This document shows, piece by piece, positions 1 through 4,504 of a stretch of DNA of 13,413 bases; positions within the stretch are counted from its first letter, which is position 1; the number at the start of each line of letters is the position of its first letter. Under the pieces are notes generated by a model that saw nothing but the letters and a program-made list of their open reading frames with translations, was not told the origin of the DNA and searched no databases. This stretch comes from an uncultured bacterium (GTDB taxonomy: Bacteria > Nitrospirota > Thermodesulfovibrionia > Thermodesulfovibrionales > JdFR-86), in NCBI GenBank assembly GCA_965372535.1, contig CBDVCR010000084.1:1-13413 (forward strand), given 5' to 3'. The translations under genes and the position numbers were made by a program.

Positions 1-195
1 TCTGGGAGTACAGGGCCAGTGCTTAGGGTTTTACCCATAAATTTGTCGCGCACCCGCTTGCCGTTAAGTGGAACCGAATTTATGGGCATCTTTACGATGG
101 TTGAAGCGGAACTCCATTTAAACCAGGGAATTTTCATGCAGGCCATAACTTCAGACTTGCAGTTAAGAATAATTACTACTTTAGCCATATTATAA
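1..195. other. Edge-truncated open frames on both strands; coding status and strand unresolved
   Basis: Plus frame 1 is open from nt 1 to TAA at 193-195 (...LPLSGTEFMGIFTMVEAELHLNQGIFMQAITSDLQLRIITTLAIL*). The minus strand has an ATG at 188-186 and is open to the window edge (MAKVVIILNCKSEVMACMKIPWFKWSSASTIVKMPINSVPLNGKRVRDKFMGKTLSTGPVLP...). Neither peptide is recognisable to me. There is no SD before the minus ATG. Hand-counted GC3 is about 47-48% for both frames, so it does not discriminate. Neither frame is in the supplied ORF track because both are truncated. Confidence 0.25.
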
Positions 196-211
196 TTTCA
201 TAAGTATTGCC

Positions 212-280
212 TTGACATTTTACTGAAATAAGTGAACAATATTTCAATTGATTCGTGGCACAAAAAAAATGACGTATAAT
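212..280 (+). promoter_or_regulatory. Candidate sigma70-type promoter region for the H-NOX gene (two alternative -10 boxes)
   Basis: Perfect TTGACA at 212-217, a 17-nt spacer, then AACAAT at 235-240. Separately there is a perfect TATAAT at 275-280, but its -35 is poor (TTCGTG at 17-nt spacing). The region is very AT-rich (181-240 = 15/60 GC by hand count). Confidence 0.3.
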
Positions 281-329
281 GCCGGGGGTTCCAATGATAA
301 CAAGGCGGGATATTTATTAAGGCAAGGCA

Positions 330-380
330 CCGCATGGATTGAATATATAAGAATATGCGGGGGGGAGCCGCATATTTTAT
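330..380 (+). promoter_or_regulatory. Leader element upstream of H-NOX: terminator-like hairpin / 25-bp palindrome with a competing upstream pairing
   Basis: AATATGCGG (352-360) and CCGCATATT (368-376) form a perfect 9-bp inverted repeat with loop GGGGGAG, followed by TTAT. A second CCGCAT copy at 330-335 can pair with the same ATGCGG (355-360). Confidence 0.35.
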
Positions 381-414
381 GGGGCTGATTATCAATGAGG
401 AGGACGAGGAGAAA

Positions 415-933
415 ATGAAAGGCGTGATTGCACTGTGTTTGAAGGACTTGGTCTGCAACAATTACGGCAAGGACAGGTGGGAGAAGGTCATGGAGACCGC
501 GGGCCTGAAAAAAAACATGTTGATATTGCCCAACTCGGACGTGGAAGACTCGACCGTTATGGCAATGGTGGAGGCCGTGTGCAAGGAACTCGGCATATCT
601 CCTGCGCAGGCCGCCGATGCATTTGGAGATTACTGGGTAAACAACTACTCCCAGCAATTGTACAGCGGTTTTTACAAGGGGAAAACGGCCAAGGAGTTTC
701 TGCTCAACATGGACAACGTCCATGTCAGGATGACCAAGCAGATGGAAAAATCCAATCCGCCCCGCTTCGAGTTTGAGCAGAAGGGCGAAAACACTTTGAT
801 AATGCATTACAGCTCGCACCGGGGGCTGATAGATTTTCTCATTGGGATTGTCAAGGGAGTGGGGAAATACTATAACCAACCCATGCTGGTTACAAAATTG
901 GACAACAAAAGGGTACAGATAATTTTCCAGTAA
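415..933 (+). CDS. hnoX: Stand-alone H-NOX (heme nitric oxide/oxygen binding, HNOB) domain protein, 172 aa
   Basis: The translation from MKGVIALCLKDL... aligns by eye along its whole length with bacterial H-NOX proteins such as the Thermoanaerobacter Tt H-NOX domain. Conserved features: proximal His in LLNMDNVHVRMTK (H103), NPPR proline, and the Y-x-S-x-R heme-propionate motif in MHYSSHRG (Y132/S134/R136). A strong SD (GAGGAGGACGAGGAG, 397-411) precedes ATG 415. The track ORF start at 355 has no SD. Confidence 0.9.
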   Translation: MKGVIALCLKDLVCNNYGKDRWEKVMETAGLKKNMLILPNSDVEDSTVMAMVEAVCKELGISPAQAADAFGDYWVNNYSQQLYSGFYKGKTAKEFLLNMDNVHVRMTKQMEKSNPPRFEFEQKGENTLIMHYSSHRGLIDFLIGIVKGVGKYYNQPMLVTKLDNKRVQIIFQ

Positions 934-956
934 GCGCGGTCTGCAAATCAACGGCG

Positions 957-991
957 GGCCGGCGCCCCGTCTCGCGGGCGGGGCGCCGGCC
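957..991. terminator. GC-rich hairpin between convergent hnoX and rdgB (likely bidirectional terminator)
   Basis: GGCCGGCGCCCCG (957-969) and CGGGGCGCCGGCC (979-991) form a perfect 13-bp stem with a 9-nt loop. It lies 24 nt after the hnoX stop and 68 nt after the rdgB stop. The U-tract is weak (TT only). Confidence 0.55.
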
Positions 992-1058
992 TTGCTCCGG
1001 CAAGTTCGTTGCGTGTAGATTCACACGGCGTTTAAAGGCGGGGGAGGCTAAGAGAGGT

Positions 1059-1664
1059 CTAAGAAGCCGCCGCGCCTTCTCTGCCCCCCAGGTACTCCCT
1101 CAGCCTTTGAAGCGCCCTTCCCCGGTGGCTCATGGAGTCCTTCTCCCCGGGGCTCATCTGGGCGAAGGTACGCTCGTGCCCCTCGGGGTGGAACACGGGG
1201 TCAAAGCCGAAGCCCGACTCCCCTTTCGGGCTCAATCCGATGCGGCCCTCGACCCTGCCCTGGAAGGTCTCCTCCGTGCCGTCCGGGCCCACGAGGGCCA
1301 TCACGCAGGCAAAGGCCGCCCCCCTGTTTTCCGGTGGGGTGTCGCCCAATTCCTTGAGGAGCTTGTGCAGGTTGTCATGGTCCGTGGCGGTCTCGCCGGC
1401 GTACCGCGCTGAGCGCACCCCCGGCGCTCCGCCCAGGGCGTAGACCTCAAGGCCGGAGTCGTCGGCGAGGGTGAGCCGTCCGGTGAATTCCGAGACCGCG
1501 CGGGCCTTTTTGAGGGCGTTTCCGCGGAAGGTCTCCTCCGTTTCTTCGGCCTCCGGGCAGCCGGGAAACTCCTCGACGCCGGCAAGGGTGACGTCAAGCC
1601 CGTCGAGGATGCGCCGTATCTCCTCGAACTTCTTCCTGTTCCTTGTCGCCACGACTATTTCCAT
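1059..1664 (-). CDS. rdgB: Non-canonical purine NTP (dITP/XTP) pyrophosphatase, RdgB/HAM1 family, 201 aa
   Basis: Family hallmarks are present: MEIVVATRNRKKFEEI..., LADDSGLEV, RSARYAG, GFGFDPVF, SHRGRAL. The true start is taken as ATG 1664-1662 (M48 of the track ORF). The upstream 47 codons begin at a TTG and run through the divergent promoter region. Confidence 0.93.
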   Translation of the reverse strand: MEIVVATRNRKKFEEIRRILDGLDVTLAGVEEFPGCPEAEETEETFRGNALKKARAVSEFTGRLTLADDSGLEVYALGGAPGVRSARYAGETATDHDNLHKLLKELGDTPPENRGAAFACVMALVGPDGTEETFQGRVEGRIGLSPKGESGFGFDPVFHPEGHERTFAQMSPGEKDSMSHRGRALQRLREYLGGREGAAAS

Positions 1665-1673
1665 AACGTTTAA

Positions 1674-1687
1674 CGGTCCCGGGACCG
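1674..1687. repeat. Perfect 14-bp palindrome CGGTCCCGGGACCG in the rdgB 5' leader
   Basis: Self-complementary as read directly from the sequence. It sits 10-23 nt upstream of the rdgB ATG, where an SD would be expected, and no clear SD is present. Confidence 0.5.
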
Positions 1688-1694
1688 GACTTTT

Positions 1695-1724
1695 ACGATA
1701 CAAGAGCGCGCCCACCCCGGTCAA
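1695..1724 (-). promoter_or_regulatory. Candidate rdgB promoter
   Basis: On the minus strand: TTGACC (1724->1719), an 18-nt spacer, then TATCGT (1700->1695). Confidence 0.3.
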
Positions 1725-1784
1725 CGCCCGCCCCGCTCGATGCGGCCGGCTGCTGCAACCGGCGTTTCGGGCCGGCCATATCAA

Positions 1785-1814
1785 TTGAAAATATCCGTGG
1801 CGCAATGTTATTAT
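1785..1814 (+). promoter_or_regulatory. Candidate promoter of the RDD-mreBCD-mrdA-rodA operon (extended -10)
   Basis: TTGAAA (1785-1790), an 18-nt spacer, then TGtTATTAT (TG at 1806-1807, hexamer 1809-1814). The -10 ends only 8 nt before ATG 1823, and there is no SD in between (ttttcctaaATG). Confidence 0.45.
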
Positions 1815-1822
1815 TTTCCTAA

Positions 1823-2236
1823 ATGGTTAAAAGCGCCGGCCTTCTTTTGAGAGCAGTATCCAAGGGGATTGATTTCGTCATTATCATGGCGGCCGCCGAG
1901 ACCCTTCCAGGGGCCGGCTTGCTCGCCGGTTTCGGCTACCTGCTGATAAGCGACGGGTTGATGGGCGGAAGGAGCGTCGGCAAGCGCCTTACGGGCCTGC
2001 GCGTTCTGGGAGGTTCCGGGGCACCCTGTTCCATAAAGGAATCCATACTTCGCAACAGCCCCCTGGCCGTCGGGCTGGCGCTCTGGAAAGTGCCGCTCAT
2101 CGGCTGGCTGCTTGCGCCGGCCGCCATAGCGCTTGAGTGCATACTGCTCATCGGAAGCAGCGACAACAAACGCCTCGGGGACGAAATGGCAAAGACCTCG
2201 GTGGTCGTAGCCGCCGGGGCCGCGGAGGAGATCTGA
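1823..2236 (+). CDS. RDD-family small integral membrane protein, 137 aa
   Basis: N-terminal ...LLLRAVSKGIDFVII (R...D), central GRSVGKRLTGLRVL, and C-terminal KRLGDEMAKTSVV match the R/D/D pattern and topology of RDD-domain proteins. Hydrophobic segments are present. The stop TGA (2234-2236) overlaps the mreB ATG (2236-2238). Confidence 0.8.
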   Translation: MVKSAGLLLRAVSKGIDFVIIMAAAETLPGAGLLAGFGYLLISDGLMGGRSVGKRLTGLRVLGGSGAPCSIKESILRNSPLAVGLALWKVPLIGWLLAPAAIALECILLIGSSDNKRLGDEMAKTSVVVAAGAAEEI

Positions 2237-3267
2237 TGTTTCCTTTCAATATAATGGGATGGTTCTCAAACGACCTCGCCATCGACCTCGGCACCGCCAA
2301 CACGCTGGTCTACGTGAGGAACAGGGGCATAGTCTGTAACGAGCCCTCCGTGGTGGTATTGCGGAGCGACAACAAAAAACCCGTCGCCGTGGGCTCGGAG
2401 GCCAAGAAGATGTTCGGCAAGACCCCCGCGAGCATCATCGCCATCAGGCCCATGAAGGACGGCGTCATAGCCGACTTCGACGCCACCGGGGAGATGCTCA
2501 AGTACTTCATCAAGAAGGTCCACAACCGGCGGAGCTTCGTCTCGCCGAGGGTGATAATCGGGGTGCCCACGGCCATCACGCAGGTGGAACAGCGGGCCGT
2601 AAAGGACGCCGCGCAGGCCTCGGGCGCAAGGGAGGTCTATCTTATCGAGGAGCCCATGGCCGCCGCGGTGGGCGTAGGGCTTCCGATAGGCGAGCCCTAC
2701 GGAAGCATGATAGTGGACATCGGCGGCGGGACCACGGACATCGCGGTCATTTCCCTCGAAGGCGTGGTCTACAGCAAGGCGGCCCGAGTGGGCGGCGACA
2801 AGATGGACGAGAACATCATGGCCTACGTCAAGCGCAAATACAACCTCATGATAGGCGACAGGAGCGCCGAGCAGATAAAAATCGAATTGGGCTCCGCGAC
2901 TGTCAACTCCAGCGCCCCGCAAAAGACCATGGACATAAAGGGCCGGGACCTCGTCTCCGGCATACCAAAGACCATCAACATAAGCGAGGATGAGATACGG
3001 GAGGCCCTGAGCGAGCCGATAAACATCATCCTGGACACCATACGGGTTGCCCTTGAAAACACCCCGCCGGAGCTGGCGGCGGACATCGTGGACAGGGGGA
3101 TTGTGCTTGCAGGGGGCGGCGCGCTCCTGAAGGGCCTTGACACGCTCATCTCGGAGACCACCGACCTACCCGTGGTGGTGGCCGAAGACCCCCTCACGGC
3201 GGTGGTAAGGGGCGTGGGCAAGATGCTCGACGACCTGCACCTTCTGAGGAGAGTAGCCCTCCATTAA
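2236..3267 (+). CDS. mreB: Rod shape-determining actin homologue MreB, 343 aa
   Basis: Unmistakable MreB motifs: SNDLAIDLGTANTLVYV, IRPMKDGVIADF, IGVPTAITQVEQRAV, EEPMAAAVG, VDIGGGTTDIAVISL, GIVLAGGGALLKGLD. SD GGAGGAG at 2224-2230. An alternative ATG exists at 2254. Confidence 0.96.
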   Translation: MFPFNIMGWFSNDLAIDLGTANTLVYVRNRGIVCNEPSVVVLRSDNKKPVAVGSEAKKMFGKTPASIIAIRPMKDGVIADFDATGEMLKYFIKKVHNRRSFVSPRVIIGVPTAITQVEQRAVKDAAQASGAREVYLIEEPMAAAVGVGLPIGEPYGSMIVDIGGGTTDIAVISLEGVVYSKAARVGGDKMDENIMAYVKRKYNLMIGDRSAEQIKIELGSATVNSSAPQKTMDIKGRDLVSGIPKTINISEDEIREALSEPINIILDTIRVALENTPPELAADIVDRGIVLAGGGALLKGLDTLISETTDLPVVVAEDPLTAVVRGVGKMLDDLHLLRRVALH

Positions 3268-4049
3268 TGCTGAGCAGGCACTTCCGCCTTTTCCTCTCGC
3301 TGGTCGCGGCCTCCATGCTGCTGATGACATACCAGAGCAGGACGGGACCGCTCGGCCTCTTCCGGTTCCTGTCCTATTCCCTTAACAATGTAAACGCGCT
3401 CATAGAGTCCCTGGGGGCCGGGGCCGGGGACGCCTTCCGTAAGGTCACCCTCGACGACGCGGAATTGAAAACGCTCAGGAAGGAAGTGCGCGGCCTGAGG
3501 CTCGACGCCCTGATGCACAGGAAAGCGCTCATCGAGAACGCGCGCCTCAGGGGGGCCCTCGCGCTCAAGGAGAGCGAGCCGCGCCACGTCGCCACCGCCA
3601 GGGTCGTCTCCCGCGGCAGCGGCAGGTGGACCAACACGTTCGTAATCGACAAGGGCGAGGACGACCTCGTAAAAAAGGACATGGCCGCCATAACGCCCGC
3701 GGGGCTGCTGGGAAAAGTCATCGAGGCGCAGGCTTCTTTCTCTAAAATTCTCCTCATAGACGATTCCCTTTTTTCGGTGGCCGTGAGGCTTGAGGAGGAA
3801 AGGGTGGAGGGAGTGCTGAGCGGAGAGGGACGGGAGCGGTGCCGCTTGAAATATATCGGCGTGGACACGGAGGTCGCCAGGGGGGACGTGCTCATCACCT
3901 CCGGGCTCGACGGCCTCTTCCCGCCCGACATACCCGTTGGGTACGTCTCTAAAGTCTCCACCACGGAGAAGGAGCTTTTCCACGACATAGAGGCAGTGCC
4001 CTTCGTGGACTCCGGCAGGGTCGAGGAGGTGGCCATAATAAGCAGATGA
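3267..4049 (+). CDS. mreC: Rod shape-determining protein MreC, 260 aa
   Basis: N-terminal TM segment, a coiled-coil stretch (ELKTLRKEVRGLRLD...ENARLR), and a beta-rich C-terminus with VLITSGLDGLFPPDIPVG, typical of MreC. It sits in the position after mreB. The ATG overlaps the mreB TAA (TAATG, 3265-3269). Confidence 0.9.
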   Translation: MLSRHFRLFLSLVAASMLLMTYQSRTGPLGLFRFLSYSLNNVNALIESLGAGAGDAFRKVTLDDAELKTLRKEVRGLRLDALMHRKALIENARLRGALALKESEPRHVATARVVSRGSGRWTNTFVIDKGEDDLVKKDMAAITPAGLLGKVIEAQASFSKILLIDDSLFSVAVRLEEERVEGVLSGEGRERCRLKYIGVDTEVARGDVLITSGLDGLFPPDIPVGYVSKVSTTEKELFHDIEAVPFVDSGRVEEVAIISR

Positions 4050-4504
4050 AAAAATCGGTCGTCCTGTTTTCAGCCCTCCTTGCCCTGGCAATCGTCATCG
4101 AGGCGAGGGTGCAGGTGGCGGGCATAAGCCCCAACCTGACCGTGCTCTTCGCCTACTATGTGGGGCTGAGGCACGGCCCAAGGAGCGGGCTTCTCTCCGG
4201 CGCGGCCCTCGGGGTCGTGGCGGACAGCCTCGCGGGGAGCGTAATCGGGCCGAACCTGCTCGGCAAGTCCACTGCCGGGTACCTTGCGCCCCTTCTGAAC
4301 AGGGGCTTTTTTACCTGGACCCCGGTGCTCGGCCTCCTGGGCGTGTTCGTCCTGACCGCGTGCGACGGCGTGGTCTCCTACGCCTCCATGTCCCTGTTCT
4401 TCCGGCCCCCTGCGAGCATGTCGAGCGCGGCCGTCACAATCTTATGGCAGGCGGCCCTCAACTCCCTGTTCGGAGTTTTTATCAGGCCGGAAGATGAGGA
4501 CTGA
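4046..4504 (+). CDS. mreD: Rod shape-determining protein MreD, 152 aa
   Basis: Polytopic hydrophobic protein of MreD size, in the canonical slot between mreC and mrdA. ATGA overlap with mreC (4046-4049). Confidence 0.8.
   Translation: MKKSVVLFSALLALAIVIEARVQVAGISPNLTVLFAYYVGLRHGPRSGLLSGAALGVVADSLAGSVIGPNLLGKSTAGYLAPLLNRGFFTWTPVLGLLGVFVLTACDGVVSYASMSLFFRPPASMSSAAVTILWQAALNSLFGVFIRPEDED

Noticed and set aside
256-261. TGGCAC, which resembles a sigma54 -24 element, upstream of hnoX.
   Set aside because: The required -12 element (TTGC/GC, five nt downstream) is absent. The hexamer is followed by a run of A's.
355-414. N-terminal extensions offered by the ORF track: hnoX from 355, rdgB from 1805, mreB from 2137, rpsU from 12544.
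   Set aside because: Homologue N-termini and good SDs coincide with the internal starts (415, 1664, 2236, 12442). The extensions run through promoters or upstream genes and lack SDs. The one at 1805 begins at a TTG.
508-515. A8 homopolymer inside hnoX as a possible slipped-strand phase-variation site. There is also a T8 run at 12300-12307 in rpsU.
   Set aside because: Both simply encode Lys runs (KKN; RKKK). Eight nucleotides is short for a contingency locus, and there is no supporting evidence for variation.
244-951. 235-aa minus-strand ORF covering the whole H-NOX gene.
   Set aside because: It is the codon-aligned antisense frame of hnoX. It stays open because hnoX avoids TTA, CTA and TCA codons. 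The translation has no recognisable features, whereas the sense strand carries all the H-NOX motifs.
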